From: Trichoplax sp. H2
Lineage: Eukaryota
Assembly: GCA_003344405.1 (NCBI GenBank)
Contig: NOWV01000121.1
Span: 124,001-188,000, forward strand
Length of the DNA stretch: 64,000 nt
Direction: 5' to 3'
Part shown: positions 27,852-39,817 of the stretch, piece after piece
Numbering within the stretch: position 1 is the stretch's first letter
Layout of the letters: the number at the start of each line of letters is the position of its first letter
The notes under the pieces: generated by a model
Database searches by the model: none
What the model saw: the letters and a program-made list of their open reading frames with translations, nothing else
Told to the model about the DNA's origin: nothing
Translations under genes and position numbers: made by a program

Positions 27852-28185
27852 AAAAGTACGATAATCATCTGTTAGCGTTATACTTGTACATTGGTGCGGC
27901 ATAACATTAGAAGATGAGAATCAACGTACAAGACACCAACGATAGTTATATACAGTATAAGAAAGTGTCTTTCTGCCGGTGGTATGATAGTTGTAATAAA
28001 TGATAAAAGTACGATAATGATAATTATATTTATTTAAGAAAGTGTCTTTCTGTCGGTGGTATGGTAGTTGTAATAAATGATAAAAGTACGATAATCATCT
28101 GTTAGCGTTGTACTTGTAAATTGGTACAGCATAATATTGGGAGATGAGAATCAACGTACAAGACACCAATAATAATTACAGTATA
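27852..28185. repeat. Interleaved local duplications (~105-bp and ~60-bp units)
   Basis: aaaagtacgataatcatctgttagcg...caagacaccaa occurs at ~27852 and ~28082; aagaaagtgtctttctg..ggtggtatg..tagttgtaataaatgat occurs at ~27959 and ~28035. Confidence 0.85.
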
Positions 28186-31123
28186 TAATCAATCAAGAAA
28201 AATGGATATTTTCAAGGAGTGACCGATATTCTTAATAATCTTTATTTGGGCCCGTCTATGATATTGCTCACCTTTTATGACTGAATTTAACTATATACGT
28301 ACTGTACTACTTCAAAATTTAAAACAGTTAATGGAATTTTTACTTGACGATCGCTGAATTTAGATAGTTGGACATCTTGATGTGCTTTGTACATCGCCTT
28401 TAAATCCGTATACCATCGAACAAGACAGGAAAGAGTTCTAACTTCTAACCTTTGATCTATGATTATACATCGTATATTTACATTGATATTGGTGTACTAT
28501 ACAGTAGTAATATTCCCAGTTCTACGAGTATATAGCAAATTGATTACAACTTTGAAGAATAAATCTTTATTGGGCAGTAGCAGTAGTCTGTACTCTATCT
28601 CTAAGCTACTCTTAACTGGTACAATGTATTCGTATACCAGTATCCGAATACATGATAAGGTACTTCGAAAACGAATTCGCCGAATTTCTTTGGCTAAAGA
28701 GCGCACTAAATATAAAATGTGCAATACTGCACTGTTATATGTGAAAACTAGATTTTTCAAACTTGGACACCATAAGGATTATGGAAGGAGTCATAAAGGC
28801 TTACGGGATATCTGTGTGATAGCTATTAACTGTCAATGTAGTAAACTGTACTTATTTTATTATACACGATTTTCCTTTGGCAGTAATATTTACATGTGTG
28901 ATATAGAATATCGAAAGTAAATAATCGCAAGGAATCTTTGTTCGCATTACTAGTACTACGAATACTTTAAGGATCTGACCAACTTTGTATCTAATTGCAC
29001 CGTACATTCTTTTTGTCATTAGTATTAAAATGCCTTGTCACTTAAGGATATATAATACATTTAAGCGGACTAGCTCATCTATGGATTACATTGTAAGATC
29101 GTCGTTAAATTTTTGACTATATTTTTTTAATATATCTCCACGAGACAACAGTTACAGGCATATTGAACAGCATTGGGTAAGTGACGCAAGATCTACCTAC
29201 AGTGTACTTACGTCTCTTATCGTATCAATAGTATCAAGCAATGAAAAATTTAGTTGTAGTTATTCTACATTTACATATTAAATCCCGGCTTAAAAATTAA
29301 ATTAACTGTCTATTATCCTTAAAGCTAAAAACTGCTCTAATAAACTAATTTTAACAATTATTCAAATATTCTTACGCTCCTACTCGACTAACATACGCAC
29401 AGTACGTTTGGCAATATATTCTATAAGGTTAGAATAAGATTTTAAGTCTCTATTCTTAAATCGTCCGATGATACCATTGTGATTCTTATGTAGACTTGTC
29501 TTAATAACTGCTTGACTAAGAGATTCAAAAATGCAGTGGTTACAGTTAATTCTTTGCACAATACTAATCTTAATAAGGATAATAATTTACTGTGATAATT
29601 CTACGATAACAATATGACATATGTTACTTTCATCATTCTTTATAGTTATTGTAAATGACGAGTCTCTTGCATTTTCTTAGAGCTTGATTTGCAAATCAAT
29701 GATTCTCGAAATATCACAATCATATCTAGCTAATAGCTTGAATTAAATTAGGTTCTGCGTATGAATAGGATACGTATACTTGATTGCATTTTATGTAATA
29801 TTATATACTGTATGTGCGCTTTAATCAGTAACGTTTAACCATACTGTAACTGATGAAATATCCTGGACACCATCATTATACTGTGCACGGAACTCCGAAA
29901 ATGCAACGCCTCCTTTAGAGCATCATAGCTAGATCGATGGTAATAACGCCAGTTTGACCAATAATGTACGCACTAAATCGGTCTCGTCATAATAATAAAT
30001 AAAAAATCAGAACTTCATAGGATATTACATATGATAAACGCGTAAATCAGCTCATTTTTTTTATCTACCACTGTATTAACGACAGATATTGATATTAATA
30101 GTAAACCACTTTCATTTGACAAAACAAATACGTATTTACGTAGCCTCCAGGTTAACTTTCGACTTCGATTGCTAGATTCTAGGTATCGCAGTACCATAAT
30201 AAATATTTGATAAATAAAAACCTCGACCCAACTCGCAAACTGAGATCAAAATCGGTTAAAAGAAGGATTGCAATTTGAATTTGAAACGAGATCGAACCAG
30301 TCTATATATATATTAAACATCTATTACTACAAAATGAAGTCGAATAAGTCTAAAAACCAACGTAAGCAAATTGCAGTACAATAATTATGTAATTGGCAAT
30401 AGATATCAGCTATAGGTTCAAAATTCGATAAATAATAACAATATATAATCCCGTCGTCGAAAGTTAATCAAGCATCGTTAGAGCAAACTTTTGAACATGT
30501 GCACTGAACAGAACTATACTGGAATTGCTTATTATAATTAGAGATCCTGTATAGTCTTTATATAACATCGCTACTGCACGCTATATTATTATTATCAATA
30601 TGTACTATACTGTTGCATACAATAAATAATAAATACTGTAGAATACACGATTGTTGAATGTGATCAAATCCAAAGTATCATCAGTCTTGCTAGTTTGGAT
30701 GCAAATATATTGTAAAATTTGCTTGCCATACACTACTCACAATATTAGCGCCATTTCGGCCATACTTAGGAAAGATAGGCCAAAAAGACGTGCGTAGAGA
30801 GATCCAGATGTATTATTTAAAATCTTTAATTTTACGGTATATACCGTATATACGAATATGTGCATATACATTAGTATATACTCATATATACAAACACAAA
30901 TACTCTGTTACAGTGCCGACGAGAAGAGAATATTTAAACCAATTCTAATCAGTGCTCCATTGAGTAGTAGCTTGGAATCGAAATATCCTTGACTTCATTG
31001 TAACTTTTAAATTAATTTATCAGTTGGCTATGTATCCCTAATTTCAATTACAGCTCTCTAATCATACTATATCCTTCAATTATGTAACGATAATCATACT
31101 AACGTACCGCGCTGCTTTACGAT

Positions 31124-32749
31124 TTAGTCATCGATGTTAACGTGAATATCCTTATTGCTAGAATCGAAACAATCAGGTTTGACAGTTTTCAATTTTTCCA
31201 ATCTTTTTCTGGCTTTCTTACTGTAGTAGATTGGAATATATCTATAGTATTTTTCAGCTTGACTTATAGTAATTTGGTAAAAATCGGAAGCCTTAACATG
31301 ATCCATTTCAATATTACCGTAACCATGTTGATGAATAATGCCTAAATGATAGCAAACACGTGGTGACTTATACTGCAATTGATCCTCAGCAATAGTTAGA
31401 AAATTTTGCAAGTATTCAAGATGTTTGTCTTTGTCTACTTGCAAGTGCTGATAATGATTCATGTATAATTTACCCAAGCGGTAATTGGCATAACACGATG
31501 CTTCTAAATTAGTCGATTGGCATATCATGTCATAAAATGGAATAGCGTCTTTTTTCTCCTTTGATTTAATTTTATCTTTCTCTATTAATTTGGCCAAACG
31601 AATACAGGCTTCATCATGTTGTAATTCTGCGGCAGTTGCTAAGTAATGGCTAGCAGTCGTATAATTTACTTCAACGCCCCAACCTTTTTCATGCATAAAT
31701 CCTAAACATATACTGGCTGACTTGCATCCAATACCACCTACATAATCAGCCGAAACAACAGCTTGCTCAAAATATTCTATCGCTGTCGTATAGTTCTGTG
31801 GTGTATTACCCATGCCACACAAATGAAATAAACCTAGATAGTATAATGTGCTAGAAAATGAATACTTTGACGATTTGAGTAAATAATCATAAGCCTTTTT
31901 ACATTCTCTTTCTTTGCCTACTTCTTCATTATAATGATTGTCTATGGCTAGCCGAAATTGCGCTTCATGATGACCAGCGACGGCAGCTTTATATGTGAAC
32001 TCATAGTCACGAACATGTGGTGTGCTATTATCGGTGGAGTTATTAATATGGCTGTTATTATTTTGGCGTGCATCATTGTTATTGCTATCGTCGATTAAAT
32101 TAGCGATATTCCAAAACGCAGCGGCGTTAGATAGACGACCGGCCATAACAAAACACTGTTCAGCGTCAAGATCGTGATCGACCGGTCCTAACACGTACGT
32201 TAAATAACCCAATTGATTATAAAATTCACCTAATTCGTCTGCATGACTATAACTTGATTTTTTAACTCGATCAATGGACTGGTGTACAACATATTGCACT
32301 CTTTCTTGCCATTTTCTTGTTGTTTGGTATAATTTCCAGAATTCTTCGGCAGCGTTGCAGTAATTTTTTGATTGTGACGCAGATTTAAGATAATTGTCAA
32401 CCTGCATTTTTAACAAATCTTTACGATTGATATTTTTACTGCTCCTTATAGCTTCATCGGTATGAATATTGCATAATAAATATTGAGCTGCAGGGTGATT
32501 TTCCTTGGCTGCAACTTCGTAATACTCAAGGGCTTTGTAAAGATCTTTTTTAGTATTTCCAAAACCATAATGGTTAATTCGTCCTAGTTCAAAATTTGAA
32601 TGGGGATCATCGTCTTTATTGATATTTTTTTGATAGATCTTTTTGGCTTTTTCATACAATAACTGCTGAATTTCAGTTGATATAAATTCATCAAAGTAAT
32701 TTATAGATTCACTTTTTTGAGAAACTTTGCGTGTCAACGGTATTCCCAT
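31124..32749 (-). CDS. Sel1-like repeat protein B, single coding exon, 541 aa, paralog of 19030-20580
   Basis: SLR motifs FELGRINHYGFG..KDLYKALEYY, AQYLL, AQFRLA, LYYLGLFHLCGMG..QNYTTAIEYF, LGIIHQHGYG. Collinear with paralog A along its length. Confidence 0.9.
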   Translation of the reverse strand: MGIPLTRKVSQKSESINYFDEFISTEIQQLLYEKAKKIYQKNINKDDDPHSNFELGRINHYGFGNTKKDLYKALEYYEVAAKENHPAAQYLLCNIHTDEAIRSSKNINRKDLLKMQVDNYLKSASQSKNYCNAAEEFWKLYQTTRKWQERVQYVVHQSIDRVKKSSYSHADELGEFYNQLGYLTYVLGPVDHDLDAEQCFVMAGRLSNAAAFWNIANLIDDSNNNDARQNNNSHINNSTDNSTPHVRDYEFTYKAAVAGHHEAQFRLAIDNHYNEEVGKERECKKAYDYLLKSSKYSFSSTLYYLGLFHLCGMGNTPQNYTTAIEYFEQAVVSADYVGGIGCKSASICLGFMHEKGWGVEVNYTTASHYLATAAELQHDEACIRLAKLIEKDKIKSKEKKDAIPFYDMICQSTNLEASCYANYRLGKLYMNHYQHLQVDKDKHLEYLQNFLTIAEDQLQYKSPRVCYHLGIIHQHGYGNIEMDHVKASDFYQITISQAEKYYRYIPIYYSKKARKRLEKLKTVKPDCFDSSNKDIHVNIDD

Positions 32750-35014
32750 AGTCTAATGTGATTTCTTTTTAGTGTTGTATTTGTTGTTTAATTAGAGAAT
32801 CTTACTAGCTGCAGGTACTGTATTAGCTGATATTATTTATAGTTGCTTAAATCATATTGTTGCTTGCTATTGAGTCATAATTTTAACACAGAACGACGGT
32901 ATCGAAGCGGTTGTTACTGTAAAGAACGTTACAAATGGATTAAAATGGAAAAAAAAAATTGGCGATAGTTGGTATTGGTTTACTGTTGCAATAAAACTAA
33001 CAGGAATAGAGAGTGAAAAAATAACGACTGTATGTATACAATTACTGAACTTTTTATACATAAGTGGGGGTGTAAGATAAAGTTTCTCGATTATTTCAAA
33101 ATGCGAATATACAAAAGATTCCAGGTATACTATAGACAATGAAAAAGCAGGATACGATCTCAGACGTCATGGAAACACATATTTACATCATAATAGGCCA
33201 GATAATTAAACTCCTGCAGATGGGATTCATACTATAATACTAGTGGTATAATACCCTACTGCTTATATATGATCAGTAAATCAGTTACTTACGACCATGC
33301 TCAATTAGCTTATGTTATCTATTATACTGTACATGTTTATGGATACTAAATATATATGTATAGTATAATATAAACATATACGTACGAATGTAAGCATCAA
33401 CGTCTGCATCCATTGAAAATAGCACAATAAAATCATTAAGTGATAGAAAATATTCTTTTTTTACTTATTTTCTTAAAAAATCATTTTTTCCATCAGCAGT
33501 TGACGATATAATACATAACGGTAGTCTCTAGTGAAATATACTGTAGAAAATTGATAGTTCATTTTATTATAATTTTGTTTTTCTTTAAAAATGCACTAAA
33601 ATCCGAGCGTATGAAATGTATCCGCACGTATAAGTAGCGATGCTCTATAGCCTATTCTTCTCTTCTTTTCCTTTCAATTATGATAACGAATAGTATTCGC
33701 TGCTGTAGTGACGTCTAAATCAATTGTTAGATAGTTTCAAGATTATTATGGTAAACTGTAAACGATGTAACAATGCCTAATGGGATGGTGAAAGTTACCA
33801 CGCTACATAAAGCGATTATTATAAGTATTTCGAAAGAATCCAATTGACTAACAACGTATTAGCTGTATTATGGGATTCCTACCGATGGTGAGGTAAATGA
33901 ACAAATAGACAAGACTTGTAGTAATATCACTAAGTAAAATAAAAAAATAGATATCGGTAATTATGTGATTTATTAGGAATGGTAGGTGTAAATAGATTAT
34001 TCTTTAATATTAAAATAGATCGGATCATTTTGATAGTATAATTATACGGTAATAACACGATCGAACTCGCTTTGTATACTAGAGTATTGCTTAAAAATAC
34101 TGGGTATTGTACTTATCATCATTACATTCGGAAAATGAAATATCTATGCTCATAAATGTAAATAAAGGTCTTTACGATATATCACAGATCCAAGAAAAAT
34201 ATAACGTTAATAGCAAGGCATACACTCTATTGCCTACGACGGGAATGTTTATCCTGTATTTAGTATGTGTTCGCATATTATTGATCTGGTTTTGAAATAG
34301 ACATTCAATTTAATTAGTGAATTAGGAATAGTATGTATATGGTATTAATAAGTAGTCAACGCAGTATAAAATATTACGTGCGGTAACACATTTACAATTG
34401 ACTATTACTTTCTGTTATTTGGGCAAAGACAGCTTTGGCGATGTATTAGCTAATATGCTATCAGTCATTCTAGGCAAAGGTAGAAGAAGACCGGTTCCTA
34501 TTCGGATTATAAATGTATCAATGTAGTCAGCCGTGAAGCCTACATTGCAAATACCGCGGTAAAATATAATTTTTTTATACACGTTCATATAGTGAATTAT
34601 TATCGTTTATTGAATCATCTAATAGAGAATTAAAATAATCCTCAGAATCGATGCATACAATTATTTCTATCTTATATTTGCTGCTTTTCGCAACGTTTTT
34701 CAGATATTTCGTAAAATATGATACACGGTAGTAAAATGTAAATCCGAGATAGGAAATAAATTACGTCAAAAGTAACGCTAAAAAGAATTTATTACAATAG
34801 TCCGCATAATCGCCTTAATAACTGCACATAAAGAATTTCTCCTGATAAGAACATGCCTTTGCTTTCAGCTGCCATCATTTCTATTCCCCTATACCTATCA
34901 TCCGCTAATTTTTTAGTCAATTAACACAATCGATTCTTATCCTTAAAAACAAATTATACAGTATCAAGACTATAGCATAAATATCGTTAGAAATTTTGAG
35001 AAATTCAAACAGAG

Positions 35015-38000
35015 TCAGCTAGGTGCAATAATTGCACCGATGTTACTATCAATCTTAGCAGACAATATTGTGCCAAATCTTCTGTCCTATAAAATTTAAG
35101 AATTTGACGCAATGGTTACACACGCCATATTACTCGAGATTTAAGTTTTAAATAAAAAAATGTATTGAAAGTTTTATGCGTTCTTTAATAATCCAATATA
35201 CAAACGCAATGTATGCTTCTGTTTCGCCTTAAATAGTTAATTAATAAAAGTGACCTTAATACCTGCGATGTTACCAAAGACTTTTTTGTAAAAATTAATT
35301 GATCGCTTGAAACTTGGAAACCTATAATCGCAAAATGTCAAGAATGTAAACTGACGTTAAGCAATGCAGAAATTCTTTAAAATATAAAGCACTTATGTGA
35401 TGATTTGACCGCAGTCCTTTTACAGTAATGTCAAATATTACAGGACAACATTAGTTAACATCTACAGTATGTAATAATTTTATAATATTAAAATAAGGAA
35501 ATCGCAATATTACTTACCGTGAACCGTAGAAAACTCTTCAGCTAACGAATAGTCCTTGAATTGTAGTATTTGTGTTAATTTTCTTAAAGTAGATAGATCA
35601 CGTTATCATCTTGATTGAATTTTTTAGAGTAAATGTTTAATAATATACTACAGTAACGAAAATTTTATAGTTTAAGTTTAACTAACTTGATCGGAAATTT
35701 GCTTTTGTGACTACTGTAGGCGATACTCATTGTTTGCATTGCATTCCTATTATTAATTGCAATATAAGAATGGTGAAATTTTAGAAGCTTAAAGTACTGA
35801 TAATTAACTTAAAGCATTACATGAAACGATAGAGTTATAGAGGTTACTAATTTAAGATTCGACCTTCGTATTTGATAGATGTGCCTTGATACAGCGCATT
35901 GGCAAAGGTATGTGGATTTGCTAACCATTCTAAAAAACCTAACATAATTTTTGAGCCATGCTGCTTTACAAATGAGTAATGAATGTTGAAAGATTGGTGA
36001 TTCACTGTAATAAATATAAATAATAAAACTAGTAAGATTTAATGATGTCGTAATTAGGATTATTCCTGTAAAATCCAATTATAATACAGTACATTGGCGA
36101 AAACAATATAGTTACAGTGACCTGAATTGCATGGCTTTTAATGTTATTTCCATCTTAATATGCTCTACACCTACATTGTAATTACAGTAATATTAGTAAC
36201 AGAATATACGTGTTTATTATAAAAATTTCTCTGCTGTATAAATCTGCATACACTTATATACGCATGACATATCTCACCCAGATTATATAATATATAGTAT
36301 GATTCGAACTCCGCACGATTACTACAGTCTGTCGCTTCTCTGGCATAAAGTTCAAATAATTTGTACATTGTATCAACTAGCTGATCCCTATTCAGCACTG
36401 GATCGAACTCTTCTGTGGAAGTATCTGCCATACTTAATAAATATTTATGAATTGAAATTACTTTCTTGTATGTATTATAATAATATCAAACTTCAAGCGA
36501 GATCACTAACCGTGATTCTGAGTATAAATAGAATCTGGCAGCCAACTCGAGCACGCGAACTGCTTTATTGCATTTGCACCTCTAATTGGTAAAAGATGTA
36601 ACTTAACGTAAGCTTTATTATTAGACATCTTGTAACCAAAGGATCAGGCACTATCCACTTTTACATGTTGCCTTTAAAGTGCAACATGTAGACAACAAAA
36701 TTTTAATACCTGAATTGTAAGGTCTTGCTTTATAGCTCTAATTCTATTGCTCACGAAAGAATAGATTGCTGACCAAGACTTGTCATGCCTACATGCTACA
36801 CTTATATTGGTATGTCATAAGATAGTATAGTTACAATATAATTTGGTTATGGTATAGAGAGATAGCTGTACAGATCTGCTACGTAATGCAAATATACCAG
36901 GCCTAAATTTTATCGCGGGAGTATTTCTATAATAATATGACTAAGGTTTAGGTCTCATGATGGGCATACAAAAGTATATAGTACCTGTCCGGAAGTCGCA
37001 TGAAGAATTAAATATTGCTTGATAATAATTAATAATTTGAATTAATTGCGAGTTACAAGACCTATACTTCATTGTCTAAATTCGGCGTAGTGAAAGCTGA
37101 TCTGTAGATGTATACAACAACACGGCTATAATGTAAGATATAGTGAATTTTTTAAGGAATAAAATTATACATTAACTGATTCACTGTGGCAGCTAGTGTT
37201 GTGACTAATTTTGTTCTGGACACAGGAATTACATTAACGTACGACTACGTATTTACGGAATACACTTAGGCGAACAGTCTAATATAAGCTCTTCATTATT
37301 CGTTAACAGGTTGCTAAGTTGCTAGTATTGATTTCAATAGGAGGGTAAATACTTTTAAACTTTTGGAATGGTATTGTATTCGTAGCTTACTAAAAAAATT
37401 TAGTGATTTAGGCACTAAAGCTACCGAGTTCCAAAGGGTGATCTCAGAAAATGATTCGCTTAATGTCATCTGAAATTGACGGCTACCTTGTATGTCAAAT
37501 TGAATGAATTCCATACAATTGGGGCGAAGTTAGCACATTACAATGATCTTTGTTAACTTTTTGTACCACTTTTGAACCAATCCTACTCGATTTAGCTATT
37601 TTCAACTATTATGAATTCAATTTTTACAGGAATGATATACTGTATACTCGCGTTGAATACAATTCTAAATGATTGCGATGTTTTAATTGTATTACATCTA
37701 CATATGATACTAATATAGAGTCTATAAAATAAAGTATCAATCCGCTATACCTGTTAATTAAATATTCGATGGTTTTTAGTAAAACCTCAACAGGACGAAT
37801 TAATTCTAGGTCAATTTCTTTACCAGCAGCTGGACGAGAGTATTCTTTAACTGCCTTATTTTCATCTACACGCGGCCTAGGTAAGGAAATATATAAACAC
37901 GCAATTGATTTAAAGTTACGTGTTATTTTAAATTATTGCTTTACAATATAACGTTTAATTACTGTGGATATATAGCGTTTAAATATTTAGGGCACTAAGA

Positions 38001-39113
38001 CATACGCGTCCATAAAGAAGTGACATTTTAATAAGACAGTTTGTGTACAGTAGAAAGTTATACGAATTGTAATCCTATGCGTATGGTACATGATCTTATG
38101 AATTCGGATGCCAACATAAAGAATGCACGAATTTTGCTTTTTAGACAATTCTACGTATGCTAAAAGTGTAGTACACATTAATTAATTAAAGTGCATAAAT
38201 CTGGTAACAGGATATGCAATACGCCGTATTAACGAGAATATTACGCGTATATGAGAACAAATGACAAATCGCGTTACAACGTCACAACTGTGCTACCTTG
38301 CATTAAGATTTTTACTGTATTTCGTTGCAAATTTTTAATGATGGAGTTTATGATTATAATGTATGAATGAAATACAAGTTTGTTAAATCCTAACAATGCA
38401 TTGCACTCTATACAGTACAGTAAAAATATCATGTATACTGCCAATTTTTTATAGTGCAGGTCATATCGTTAATGCTTTTATCATGCATAACATATATACT
38501 GTCAATGTTTGGATTTACGCTTCTGTTCGATTACGTTGTCCAACCTAGACGATCCCCTTGTGGTGATAGGTAAAATTTCAAAAACGCTCAACCGATTCTG
38601 TTCCTGTCTCCTAAATTAATGACAATGTATCAATAGCAACATGAGATTTTTAAAGAGAAATTTTAACATTTGGCAACTCGTAGATTTGGGTATAAGATTA
38701 TGATTGGGTGAATATGTATAAGGACTTAATAATAAAGTCATAATATGTTTTATAAATCATGATATCACTGATATTAGAAATGTATACTGCATTTGCTGTA
38801 TTGTGTACGGTTACTGGATTGGAATTGACTTTACAATCCAATTGCAATTATTCCAGTGATATAGTACAACAAAATATTAAGATACAAACGTGTAGGTGAT
38901 TAGGTAAAAAAATTGAATTTATTGCAATCGACTGCTTGTTACGACTTACCAAGGACTACTAGTAGATTTGCCTTCTAGTAGTCCTTGGATTTGCCTATAG
39001 AGGTAATCTTCGATAACTGTAAGCTTATTAGGGTTTAGTGTACTGTACCTTCTCTGCTCCGATAAAGGGCACATCCTAGTGCATTTGCCTTTCAGAATTT
39101 CTTCGTCCATCAT
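35015..39113 (-). CDS. SAC3D1: SAC3/GANP-domain protein (SAC3D1-like), multi-exon
   Basis: KGKCTRMCPLSEQRRRQEQNRLSVFE, AVKEYSRPAAGKE, RPVEVLLKTIEYL, IYSFVSNRIRAIKQDLTIQ, NRAEFESYYILYNLG, NYVRFF. The short length favours SAC3D1 over GANP/MCM3AP. TGA at 35015-35017. Confidence 0.85.
38949..38988. repeat. Hairpin with a perfect 14-bp stem in SAC3D1 intron 1
   Basis: CCAAGGACTACTAG-N12-CTAGTAGTCCTTGG. Confidence 0.9.
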
Positions 39114-39318
39114 CAATTTACTGACTGCCACAGATCAAGCGCTAATTGGAAACTACAGCAACTTACTGTTGTAATTTATTGTACAGTTTATTATTATTTA
39201 TTTCCAATTTATTACTGTGCTAAGATGGGAGTAGAGGCCGTAGAACAATTTTTGCTATTGGTGGTAAATTTCTCTCCACTATGTCGATCTCTATGGTACT
39301 GAAAGCTGCTGCATTGCA

Positions 39319-39487
39319 TTACAGTACAATAGTACAGTACTATACAGTACTGTACACTACATTGTACAGTATACCACAGTACATCGTACTGTATGGTACA
39401 GTACAGTACAATACGGTACTGTTACCCGGTCTCTTCTCTCTTTGGTAGTCTCTACTATTATCGTAGCCATAGTAGTACAGTACTGCA
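39319..39487. promoter_or_regulatory. TACTG/CAGTA array in the SAC3D1 / MTFMT divergent region
   Basis: Dense pentamer tracts in the ~700-bp head-to-head gap. Confidence 0.55.
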
Positions 39488-39817
39488 CGTGAATGTCTTT
39501 TATGCACATTGCGCACTAGACAGTTCTTGTATGGATTTTGCATCACCTGCATGCACCATTGCACCTTGCCATTTTAGCTGACAGTTTTGCCTGGACAGAT
39601 TAGTACAGCGCAAGCCATTTTGCGATCAAATTGGAACTGATGGGAGGGATCCCTCAAATCAAACTGCAATCAAATGAATCATGTTAATCACTACAAGATA
39701 ACGTTTCACTGTATTCACTTTTTTATGTACTATTAGCTAGTTATAATTATGCTTAAAATAATAATCATAACTAGATAGTTGATTAATTAATGATTAGTCC
39801 TGATAAAGAAAGATACA

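Noticed and set aside
27852-28185. CRISPR-like repeat/spacer pattern
   Set aside because: Irregular duplications without constant-length unique spacers, in a eukaryotic context with no cas genes.
28459-28920. 153-aa ORF in the gene-free interval
   Set aside because: No recognisable motif or supporting exon structure; likely spurious or too degraded to call.
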